Positions 19,901 through 27,700 of a stretch of DNA of 64,000 nucleotides are shown piece after piece. Position 1 is the stretch's first letter. The number at the start of each line of letters is the position of its first letter. Source of the stretch: Candidatus Omnitrophota bacterium (GTDB lineage: Bacteria > Omnitrophota > Gorgyraeia > Zapsychrales > Fredricksoniimonadaceae); assembly GCA_903861305.1 (NCBI GenBank), contig CAIOTT010000007.1:6027-70026 (forward strand), in the 5' to 3' direction. Position numbers and translations under genes: made by a program. The notes under the pieces were generated by a model. The model was not told where the DNA came from, ran no database searches, and worked only from the letters and a program-made list of their open reading frames with translations.

Positions 19901-20265
19901 GTGAGATCATGCGATGTGATCTCCATATGCTGACGCACGCGGAAGGGAGACACCCCGCAGCTGCGAAAAGGCTCATAAAATTTCTGGATGCTGCCTCGTT
20001 TAACCTTCAGGAATGTCCGGAAGCCGTGTGTGCTCGTCAACCGGTAAGACTTGTTGGCCGGCTGGAATTCCATGATGGCCTTGTCTTTGGACTCAATGCC
20101 GAAAGAGGCGATGCCCTGGCCGCGATTGGTATAGAAAACCCACATCGGGATCCCCCATTCCCCTGCGATGCCCGGAAAAAAATTGGCGAACGCTCTTTTC
20201 TGGTTATAATCTTCGACGATAAAAGACCCGTCGGCACGCAAATGATAAGGTGAAGATTTTTTCAT
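16993..20265 (-). CDS. Large conserved protein, possibly glycoside hydrolase/phosphorylase-like (cellobiose-phosphorylase-like superfamily); function uncertain
   Basis: 1090-aa ORF with no signal peptide. Segments such as FFPGIAGEWGIPMWVFYTNRGQGI, DVNQNRRNDVWFN, ADGYNPLVV and GFWIDHWAYNLDLVESY resemble uncharacterised proteins usually auto-annotated as cellobiose phosphorylase-like. That recollection is unverified. Confidence 0.4.
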   Translation of the reverse strand: MKKSSPYHLRADGSFIVEDYNQKRAFANFFPGIAGEWGIPMWVFYTNRGQGIASFGIESKDKAIMEFQPANKSYRLTSTHGFRTFLKVKRGSIQKFYEPFRSCGVSPFRVRQHMEITSHDLTIHEVNETLGLSVTVNYFTVPEEPLAGLARTVTVKNIASKAVAVEMVDGLPVIMPYGQNDWIMKNMCRTIEAWYKVRNLDKKAPYFQLNVEASDIPQVEYIKEGNFYFAFDTKAAPGALLDPVVEAGAVFGEATDLLVPELFLAQKSIRPAQDQQTDNRTPSAMSFVKFTLKPSGAKEIVSITGFARSIGELNGYVRKATGRGFMAQKSARNRAIIEGVKSLAFTHTSSDAFNAYAGQTFLDNVLRGGLPLSLKTSAGPAVFNVYSRKHGDLERDYNAFKLSPTFLSQGNGNYRDVNQNRRNDVWFNSDLKQSAVVNFFSLTQADGYNPLVVCGMSFAAEDSDKLDALIRAHVRSGATSALKEFLKKGFMPGDLFNFIADSGIQLKGKPQDFLGAVLGLCQKFETAQHGEGFWIDHWAYNLDLVESYLSLYPENLRSLLIENREFTFYHNAVHVQPRDKRYVLTPLGVRQYHSLHEGKEDKGHGLRSLRVRHGQGEIYRTNLLVKLLCLIVNKAATLDPSGIGIDMEANKPSWYDSLNGLPGLLGSSICETLELKRFALFALEAVDKIGKGNGENIAVFEELALFVGELKVILEEKANDIDHWNKANTVKEDYREKVRVGISGVEMEMSFAVIRSFLQAVVDKVDRGLERARRPDGLFPTYFYHKVTRHEFVDGVAPAKEGPHVRPLAFERHDLPLFLEGFVHALRCEPDRAAVKALHAKVRRSQLFDKALGMYKVNAPIVGETEEIGRARIFPRGWLENESIWLHMEYKYLLELLRRGLHEEFYQDLATCCVAFMDPLTYGRSILENSSFIVASAHPDKTLHGQGFVARLSGSTAEFVHIWMVMAAGVAPFSVNVNGELELSFKPVLKGSLFSTQEADAVFYTIAGERRQVHLPAGTCAFNFMGRTLIVYHDPKRKDTFGPRHTVIRRIVLHYAGQKTKEISGSVVPSPFAEDVRGGKVTRIDMMMES

Positions 20266-20308
20266 GGCACCCCTTATTTTTGTTTGCTCCTGACAATGCC
20301 CCGTAAGA

Positions 20309-21100
20309 TCAAAAGGGCTTTTTCTTTTCCCTAAAAAGATTGTAATAACCTGAAAGTTTCAGCCAAAGCTGAAAGTCCCCATCAGTATCCTTGATGCGGA
20401 TGCGCTTGAGCTCGTAAATATCTGTACCGGTCCTGTCATAACCGCGGTTGGTCGCGAAACCGGCCTTATAACCGAGCTGACGCACAAGCCGTTTGATATC
20501 ATCGCTGAAACCGCCCACCGGATAAGCGATATATTCCACCGGATGGCCGAGACGGCCCTCCAATCGATGCTTGCTTTCCGTGAGCTCCCGGACGAGTTCG
20601 TCATGCCCGAGGCTGGGCAGATACGCCCCTGTCAAAGCATGGCTCTGGATCGCAATGCCGTCGGAATCCATCTTCTTCACATCGTCCCACGTGAGATACC
20701 CGGGGTTCCCCAAATGCCCGACCTCGACAAAGACCGTGGCCGGGAACCCGTATTTCTTCAGGATAGGGTAAGCTGCCGTATAATTGTTCTTATAGCCATC
20801 ATCAAAGACAATGGCCACTTCCTTCGGCGCTGGACGATGACCGGACCTGATCTCCGCCACAAGCTGGTCGATGGTCAATGGTTTATACCCATGCGCGCGC
20901 AAATATCGCATCTGTTGTTCAAAATGCCCGGCCTGAACATTATTAAGAGGCTCATACCAGGAGACGGCGACCGAATGGTACGCCATAACAGGGACATAAT
21001 ATTGTGAGGGCAGCCAAAACGCTAACGCAGCAAGTCCAATGACAAGAACCGAACAGCCCGTCAAGAAAGAAAGCCTCCCTTCCTTGACGGAACCCGTCAT
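20309..21100 (-). CDS. Polysaccharide deacetylase (NodB homology, CE4) with an N-terminal membrane anchor
   Basis: VAIVFDDGYKNNYTAAYPILKKYGFPATVFV...IQSHALTG...IAYPVGGF. TM segment near the N-terminus. Confidence 0.85.
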   Translation of the reverse strand: MTGSVKEGRLSFLTGCSVLVIGLAALAFWLPSQYYVPVMAYHSVAVSWYEPLNNVQAGHFEQQMRYLRAHGYKPLTIDQLVAEIRSGHRPAPKEVAIVFDDGYKNNYTAAYPILKKYGFPATVFVEVGHLGNPGYLTWDDVKKMDSDGIAIQSHALTGAYLPSLGHDELVRELTESKHRLEGRLGHPVEYIAYPVGGFSDDIKRLVRQLGYKAGFATNRGYDRTGTDIYELKRIRIKDTDGDFQLWLKLSGYYNLFREKKKPF

Positions 21101-21549
21101 ATGGCTCCAAGTCTTTCCCTGACAAGATCGCTGAGAAGTTTGCCATCCGCGCGCCCCCCGACCTTTTCACGGACAACTTTCATGACCTGCCCCATATCCT
21201 TCATGGACGCCGCGCCCGTTGCCGTGACAGCCGCATCGATGATCGCCTTGATCTCATCCGCAGCCATTTCAGCCGGAAGATACACTTTCATGATCTCAAG
21301 TTCCGCCTGTTCTTTGGACGCGAGCTCAGGCCTTCCACCTTTCTCAAACTGCTCGATGGAGTCCTGCCGCTGCTTGATCTGTTTCTTTATCACAGCGATA
21401 ACTTCATCATCCGCAACCTGTTCCAGCCTCTTATCCACCTTGACCTGCTTGATCATGGCGCGCAAATAGCTCAATGCTCCGGACTTTTCCGCAACTTTGT
21501 CTTTCATGGCCTGGATATAATCTTTATTGATACGTTCTTCGAGCGTCAT
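21097..21549 (-). CDS. GatB/YqeY domain protein
   Basis: MTLEERINKDYIQAMKDKVAEKSGALSYLRAMIKQVKVDKR...ELEIMKVYLP...MGQVMKVV is typical of YqeY. Confidence 0.85.
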   Translation of the reverse strand: MTLEERINKDYIQAMKDKVAEKSGALSYLRAMIKQVKVDKRLEQVADDEVIAVIKKQIKQRQDSIEQFEKGGRPELASKEQAELEIMKVYLPAEMAADEIKAIIDAAVTATGAASMKDMGQVMKVVREKVGGRADGKLLSDLVRERLGAI

Positions 21550-21569
21550 GGGCCTCTCCTGCGGTATTC

Positions 21570-21791
21570 TTATACGTCATTTATACTAACGACTTTATTA
21601 CGCGACCTTAACCCCTTGATGATCTCTATGTGTGATGAACGAACGTCAAAATGGGTTGCCAGGAATGCGACGAGCGCCGCGTTAGCCCTGCCATCCAATG
21701 CCGGCGCGGTCAAATGAACTTTTACCCTGCCGGATTCTTCCTTGAACGAATTTTTCTTGGCACCCGGGATGACTTTTATATCCAAGATCAT
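21570..21791 (-). CDS. DUF167 (YggU) family protein
   Basis: MILDIKVIPGAKKNSFKEESGRVKVHLTAPALDGRANAALVAFLATHFDVRSSHIEIIKGLRSRNKVVSI. The longer track start at 21812 would run into the upstream terminator T-tract, so the ATG at 21791 is preferred. Confidence 0.8.
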   Translation of the reverse strand: MILDIKVIPGAKKNSFKEESGRVKVHLTAPALDGRANAALVAFLATHFDVRSSHIEIIKGLRSRNKVVSINDV

Positions 21792-21812
21792 AGGATCAAC
21801 CAGCCAAAACAA

Positions 21813-21846
21813 AAAACCGAAGCCGGATGTTCAGGGCTTCGGTTTT
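21813..21846 (-). terminator. Rho-independent terminator after the coiled-coil gene
   Basis: The minus strand reads AAAACCGAAGCC-CTGAACATCC-GGCTTCGGTTTT followed by TTGTTTTGG. This is a perfect 12-bp stem with a 10-nt loop and a T-run, ~22 nt after the TAA at 21869. Coordinates are +/-2. Confidence 0.7.
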
Positions 21847-21868
21847 GTTTCACCAGAAGCGGAAAAAC

Positions 21869-22582
21869 TTATTTGAACTCGACTTTAATATCCACCTGCG
21901 CGCCCTGGCGCTTCAAAGACTGGTCTTTGCCGTCTTTCAACATGAACCCGTTGTTGCCGTAAAGCATTTCCATACGGTCATGCTGTTTCTGCGCCGCTTC
22001 CTTGATAGCAATGGCCTGCTCCCGGAGCGCATGCATGTTCTTTTTTACGAGACGAATATGATCCTTAAAGCGCATGATCTTGGCCTTACCCTCAGCGGAA
22101 TCTGAAATGTCCGGCTGGAAGAAGGCTAACTCCTTGCGAGCCGCCTGAAGGTCAACATCAAGTTGTTTGTTCTTCTTGCGAAAAGCGGCCATCATGGCCT
22201 CGAAAGCCTCGCCTTTGGCCTCCGCCTGGACCTTGTATTTCTCAAGGGATTTAATGCCCTGCTTGAGCTGATCGTTCAACCCCTGGACCGATGAAAGCTC
22301 CCCGCGGGTTGTCGTCAACTCTGCGTTAGCGGCCTGAAGTTCAGCTGTAAGGTCAATGACTTTCTTGTTCGCTTCGTCGAGAGCGATCTTCGTCGTCCTG
22401 TACTCCTGGACATAATAACGAAGATTCTTGGATTGGGTCTCGGCTGCTTTTTCAACAAGCGTTACGGTGCGTTCAAGGGTCTGAAAACTCAAGAACCATA
22501 TCACCAGCGAATAAACGGCCAGAACAGCCACAATGATCAAAAGGATGATCTTTAATTTCTTATTCTTTTTTGGCTCTGCCAT
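21869..22582 (-). CDS. Membrane-anchored coiled-coil protein, function unknown
   Basis: N-terminal TM segment (LKIILLIIVAVLAVYSLVIWFL) followed by ~200 aa of heptad-like K/E/A/Q-rich sequence. Confidence 0.6.
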   Translation of the reverse strand: MAEPKKNKKLKIILLIIVAVLAVYSLVIWFLSFQTLERTVTLVEKAAETQSKNLRYYVQEYRTTKIALDEANKKVIDLTAELQAANAELTTTRGELSSVQGLNDQLKQGIKSLEKYKVQAEAKGEAFEAMMAAFRKKNKQLDVDLQAARKELAFFQPDISDSAEGKAKIMRFKDHIRLVKKNMHALREQAIAIKEAAQKQHDRMEMLYGNNGFMLKDGKDQSLKRQGAQVDIKVEFK

Positions 22583-22664
22583 ACCCCCACGCTTGCCCTT
22601 CCCTTTGTTTCAACACTTGCTTTTTAATGAAATCCGCCTTAAATTTCGTTTAGTATACATTTGA

Positions 22665-22704
22665 CGACGGAAAAAAACAAGCAAAATCCTCATGCGCGGA
22701 TTTT
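22665..22704 (-). terminator. Possible weak intrinsic terminator after the AsmA-family gene
   Basis: The minus strand reads AAAATCC-GCGCATGA-GGATTTT then GCTTGTTTTTTTCC. The stem is only 7 bp and AT-rich, so support is weak. Confidence 0.3.
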
Positions 22705-22728
22705 TGGGGGATATTAAAGAAAATCGCG

Positions 22729-24462
22729 TTATTTTTTCTTGAAAAGATCAAAAATAGCGTTCACAGCCTGTGAGGCATCGGGCGAACCAAGTATTTGCTG
22801 CAATTGTTCCCCTCCCTGGGCCACGATCATCTTCTTTGCCAAATATTCGATGTCGGGAATGACCTTGGGTTTTGCCACAGGCCCCTTCACATTCAAAGGG
22901 ATGTAAATACGCCCTTCTTCATCCTTAAGCCCGGCGAGCGCCTTAACGCGCAGCGCCAGGCGGCCGGAAAGGTCAGGCGTGAGACGGACATCCACCTTAA
23001 TATCAAATCCGCTGACAAAGTCAAATGCTCCCTGGGCATGCACCGCAAGATCCTGTGTCGTCGCATCCGCAGCGTCAAGTTGAAAACCACCTTTGACGAG
23101 ATGGCCCTGGGCATGAACCGTCTGAAAATGCGTGCTTCCCTGGCGGATATCATCCTGTGTCGCCTGGGAAAGATCCGGCATGATACTGTCAAGAAGACCG
23201 GGCAGCATGGGAATTTTTCCCAGACTGGCAGACAAGAAATTCATGTTCTCAATGACGGCATCCTTGATGTCCGCCTTTGTCTCTCCACTGAGAGAAGAAA
23301 CTATGGCCTCAGGCGTCGTACCCGAGAATCTCACATTCCCGTCACCCGACAATATTCCCTTGGCTCCGAGCGGCGAGCTGAAGGCAACCGCTATCTTGTT
23401 AATATTGACGCCTTCCGTACTGACAGATCCCGTGACAACTGGCAAAGAAAGATAATCCACGATCAGCGCATTGCCCCGGATCACCCCGTCCGCAACAGTG
23501 GCCGTCAAGGTCTTGATACTGACCTGTTTTTCACTGATATCCGCGTTCAGGGTGATGTTCTCGGCAGGCACAGGGACCAGGCCGACCAACAATAGCCCTT
23601 TTTCAAGCGATGCCTGGGCCTTAAGGGTCGCCAAACCCTTCGCACCCGCTTCAGCTTCGGGAACATCGATCTTAAACAAGCCCGCCGTCTTTTTCAGCGC
23701 TAATGGCTTGAGCATGGGCAACTGGTCTTCCAGCTTTGCGGCATCTATCAGGGCAAGGTCCACACCGATGTTCAGGTCCTTGATACGGACCGCCTGCTTC
23801 AACAGATCAGGGTCAACACGCGCGTCGAGCGTCACATTCTGCTGCGCTGAAAAAAGCGAGGCCTTCAACGAAACCTGGAACGGGCTTACCAGAGAAAGAT
23901 CGCTGACATGGACATCGATCCGCGCCAGTGTTAGCGCCAGCGCGGGCGTGCTTCCCTGGTCTATATATGTAAAACTTCCATTCACGATCTTGATATCATT
24001 CACAAGCAGCGCTGGAATTGCAGCCGCCTGATTATCCGGACCCTTGGCCGGGACCTGAGCGCCCATGGTCTGAACGTTGATCGTACCGTCCTTGGCGCGG
24101 ATCATAACGATACGGGGGGAATCGATCACGATCCCGGTCATCTGCACCTTGCGTTCGAAGAACAGTGCCCCCGGATTCACACCGATCTCAATACGGCTGA
24201 CGGCAAAGAAGGGCTTATCCGAGAACCTGGGGTCATCCGCCAATGAAATATCCTTCACCTCGAGCCGGATGCCATTGGCCAGAGAGACGCCAAGCTCTGC
24301 CCCTCCCACCTTAAGATCCCTGCCAACGGCCTTCGACACCTGCTGGGTGATCTGTGGAAGATAGCTGTTCACGTTGAATGTCTTCAGGAACACAAGCACT
24401 CCGGCCGTAACAAGGATGACCAGGGCTGCAAAAACAACAAGAATGACCTTTAAAGCTTTCAT
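22729..24462 (-). CDS. AsmA family protein (outer-membrane biogenesis / lipid-transport superfamily)
   Basis: 577 aa. The N-terminal anchor MKALKVILVVFAALVILVTAGVLVFLKTFNVNSYLPQITQQVSKAVGRDLKVGGAELGVS is typical of AsmA N-termini. The rest is beta-rich, and the C-terminus has an AsmA-like segment. Confidence 0.7.
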   Translation of the reverse strand: MKALKVILVVFAALVILVTAGVLVFLKTFNVNSYLPQITQQVSKAVGRDLKVGGAELGVSLANGIRLEVKDISLADDPRFSDKPFFAVSRIEIGVNPGALFFERKVQMTGIVIDSPRIVMIRAKDGTINVQTMGAQVPAKGPDNQAAAIPALLVNDIKIVNGSFTYIDQGSTPALALTLARIDVHVSDLSLVSPFQVSLKASLFSAQQNVTLDARVDPDLLKQAVRIKDLNIGVDLALIDAAKLEDQLPMLKPLALKKTAGLFKIDVPEAEAGAKGLATLKAQASLEKGLLLVGLVPVPAENITLNADISEKQVSIKTLTATVADGVIRGNALIVDYLSLPVVTGSVSTEGVNINKIAVAFSSPLGAKGILSGDGNVRFSGTTPEAIVSSLSGETKADIKDAVIENMNFLSASLGKIPMLPGLLDSIMPDLSQATQDDIRQGSTHFQTVHAQGHLVKGGFQLDAADATTQDLAVHAQGAFDFVSGFDIKVDVRLTPDLSGRLALRVKALAGLKDEEGRIYIPLNVKGPVAKPKVIPDIEYLAKKMIVAQGGEQLQQILGSPDASQAVNAIFDLFKKK

Positions 24463-24465
24463 CGT

Positions 24466-24741
24466 TCAATCCCTTCCTCTATTCATGCGATCCTTCATGC
24501 GCTCCATCTGGTCGCGCAACTTCTCCTGCTGGTCCTCAACGCGATCGCGGTTCTTTTCATTCTGATCATGCAATTGCTGCTGCGACTCACGGGGAGATCC
24601 CTGCGGGGGATCATCTTTTTCTTTATACGTTGTCCCCATAAAGAAACTGAACGCACTGGTAAAAGAGTGGGTGTTCAGCACCCTCGCGAGTCCCGCGGAC
24701 ACCACGAGCGTGACTAGAAAGATAGCTATCCATCGTCCCAT
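24466..24741 (-). CDS. Small membrane-anchored protein with a charged Q/E/R/D tail
   Basis: ATG at 24741 gives MGRWIAIFLVTLVVSAGLARVL... then ...QQQLHDQNEKNRDRVEDQQEKLRDQMERMKDRMNRGRD. It sits 3 nt upstream of the AsmA start. Confidence 0.5.
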   Translation of the reverse strand: MGRWIAIFLVTLVVSAGLARVLNTHSFTSAFSFFMGTTYKEKDDPPQGSPRESQQQLHDQNEKNRDRVEDQQEKLRDQMERMKDRMNRGRD

Positions 24742-24789
24742 AGCAACTCCTGCTATCACAAACCATGCTGTTAGGTTGCGTTAAAGATC

Positions 24790-27700
24790 CTAATTGGAGG
24801 AGGACGTGTTCGAGTTCAACACACGGTCGATCTTTTTCAAGTATTTATCGGTATCCTTATACCCCTGGATCAGGCCATTTACCTGTTCAAAATCCTGGCG
24901 CGCGTCTTGATACATTTTTTTCTTGTAGAACCCGATCGCTTCAAGATAAAGCTGCTCGGTCCCGGCCTCAAACTCCTTGCGGATAGCGACGCGTTGCGCA
25001 TCCAGCAGACGCCTTTCTTCGCTCGCGGCCTGCTTGAGAAGCGCCGTTGTCGGATCTTCCGCGGCAACAGAAGGCTGTGACGCTCCCTCGACGGCCACGC
25101 CGTCATACGCCACATTTTTCAATATCTGTTTGACGTCCTGCTGATTGCGGCGAATGAGTTCCGCCTGGTCCATCCCTTTTCCCACAGCCGGATTCAGGTA
25201 GGATTGGCGTTTTTTCTCTTCGGCCTGCTCGATCTCAAGGAGCTGTTTCGCCACTTGCGCGCGGCGTTCACGTTCCTTCTTGTCCACAGCGTCAGCACGG
25301 GCCATACGGCGCTCCACTTTGCTGGGGGACGTCCTGATCTTTTCTTTGGAAGCCGATTCCGCGCTTGCGTCCGTAACCTCAAGTTTCGTTTCCTTCGTCA
25401 CACGGACCGCCTGGGCCTGCTGCTGCTGCGCCGTGCTTTCCAGGACTTTGGCATCCTTGCTCGAAGGTTCCTTGGAAGGGCCGTCCTGCTGCGTGAATTT
25501 TACCCTTTCCTGATGGTCCTGCGCAACGGCCGCAGACGTTCCCTGTTCCTTCTTGGAAAGCATCTCTTGACGCTGTTGCGTATTCTTCCTTTCGATCTCC
25601 CTCAATTCCTGCTGACGGCGGATGTCGAGGTCTCGCTGCGCCGCGATCAGTTCCTGTGTCTTGTGCTTTTCCCGTTCCTGTGCGCGACGGTCCCTTTCCT
25701 CGACTAATTTCGCCTGGGCCCGGCGCTCTTCCAGAAGCCTGTCTTCCTGGGCCTGGCGCTCGGCTTCAGCCGCTTGTTTCTCCTTTTCCATGGCGCGATC
25801 GATCAGGTCAAGGTACTTGTTGGCCTGACGCTTGTCTTTCTCGGTCCCGACCTGAAAAAGCTCTTCATATTTTATGCGCGCCTCACGGTACCGCTTCGCC
25901 TTGTAAAGAGCAGAACCTTCTTCCGCCACCTCAACAGCGCGTTTGATGTCCGTCGAAGGCGGCACAGCGGCTGCCGCAGCCCCCGTAAGATCAGCCGGCT
26001 TGTGATCCAACCCCCTGACTTGAGCTTTTTCACGAAGATGCCGGGCTTCATAATCATGCTGGGACAAGATACGGTCTATGCGCGTGACATACTTCATGGC
26101 AACCCTGTTCGTAGGATCGGCCCGGGCCGCATCCATGAACTTTACGCGCGCTTCAGCAAAATTCTCCGCCGAATACAATTGCTGGCCATCCCGGATCAGC
26201 ACATCAGATTTCTGCCGCGCCGAAATAAAATCCTCGCCAGGTTTCACGCTCTTGGGCGCCATCCGCTTCTTGGCCGCGCTATCGCGCTGAGAGGCGATCT
26301 CTTCCCAACGCGCCTCAAACTGTTCACGGCGCTGGACCATGCGGTTCTTGGAAACCTGTATCTCCTTGAGGATCGACTCAAGGTCATTGAATTTAACCTC
26401 AACCGCCACATAATCTTTCTTCTGTGAAAGCTCCAGTATACTGAGGTTGAGCGCTGTCGCCTTTTCCGCAAGCCCTTTGATCAAGCCCCGGTCACCCGCC
26501 TCTTCAGCGTTGAGCTTTTCTTCATCCTGCGAACGGTCCAGGCGGGCCATAAGAATGACCGTATCCTTGTATCCGGGACTGATCTTTCCGATATCCGTCA
26601 AACGTTCACGGGCCACAGGATAATCCCTGGTGCGCAGCGCGCTGAGCGCCTGCCGGTACAATATCTCGGCCTTCAACTGGGCTTCTCGCTGTTCGTCCTT
26701 CAGACGTTCAAGATCGGCCCGTTCCTTCTTGCGCCGGTCATCACGTTCCTGGGAGATCTCAGACTTACGCGCCTCAACCTCTTCCTGTGCCTTGGCCCCG
26801 GCTTTTTCTTTCAACGCGTTCTTTTCCGCTGCCATGGCTTTAGCCTGGCGGCGCGCCTGCTCTTCTTCTTTACGCTTGGCCCGAAGCGCGGCTTCCTCTT
26901 CAGCCTTCTTCTGGCGCGCGAGATTTTCCGCGAGACGCTGGTGCTCAGCTTCAAGATTCTCGATCAAACGATCGACCTTCGCAAAAGTGCTGGCCGCGCT
27001 GGACAGCGCCTTATCCTGCGACAAGGATTTTATCTGCTGGTATATCGCGCTGGAACGGGCGGCCAGTGCCGCGATAGCCTTGCTGTCTTCAGCCGGCGAA
27101 CGCACCACGGGGATGTTGCCCTGCGGCGCGGCGCTTGCTGCAGTGACCGCTTGAACAACGGCCTGCCTGGCGGCGCTATCCTGCGCAGATTTAACCTCTT
27201 CGGCCGGAGCTTGTTGCACGGGTTGCGCTTCGGGCGCGGGCGAAACTGTTGCGGACTGTTGCTTCTGCTGCGCCAGCAAAGCCTGTATCTCCTTGATGCT
27301 GTCGAGATATTGACGGGTCGAACGATACCCGTTCTTCAGCTGCATGAGTGTTTCAAATTGAACGCGTGCTTCTTCGTATTTCTTTTCCTTATAAAGGCCG
27401 ACAGCCTCTTTGTAAAGTGCGACTGACTTCTCCTCCTCAGTGGAAATATCATGATCCACCTGCGGGGAAGCCGCCTCCGGAAGGTTGATCCCCGCGTCAA
27501 GCGCCGCCTTGCGCAGTTTTGCCTGCCGCACGTGGACATCCTTGTAGTCAGGCCGCAAAGCTTCAACATCCGTGAATTTCTTGAACGCCTCAGGGATCGA
27601 TCCAGCTGCCTCAAGGACATCGCCTTCCCTATATAACGCCTCAGCTTTGGCCAAACGTTCTTTCTCGAATGCCTTATCCCTGGAACGGGCGTCTTCATCG

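Noticed and set aside
20266-20308. Search for a glycine riboswitch upstream of the gcv genes
   Set aside because: There is no non-coding interval long enough. A tandem glycine riboswitch needs 100-200 nt, and the largest gap is 43 nt.
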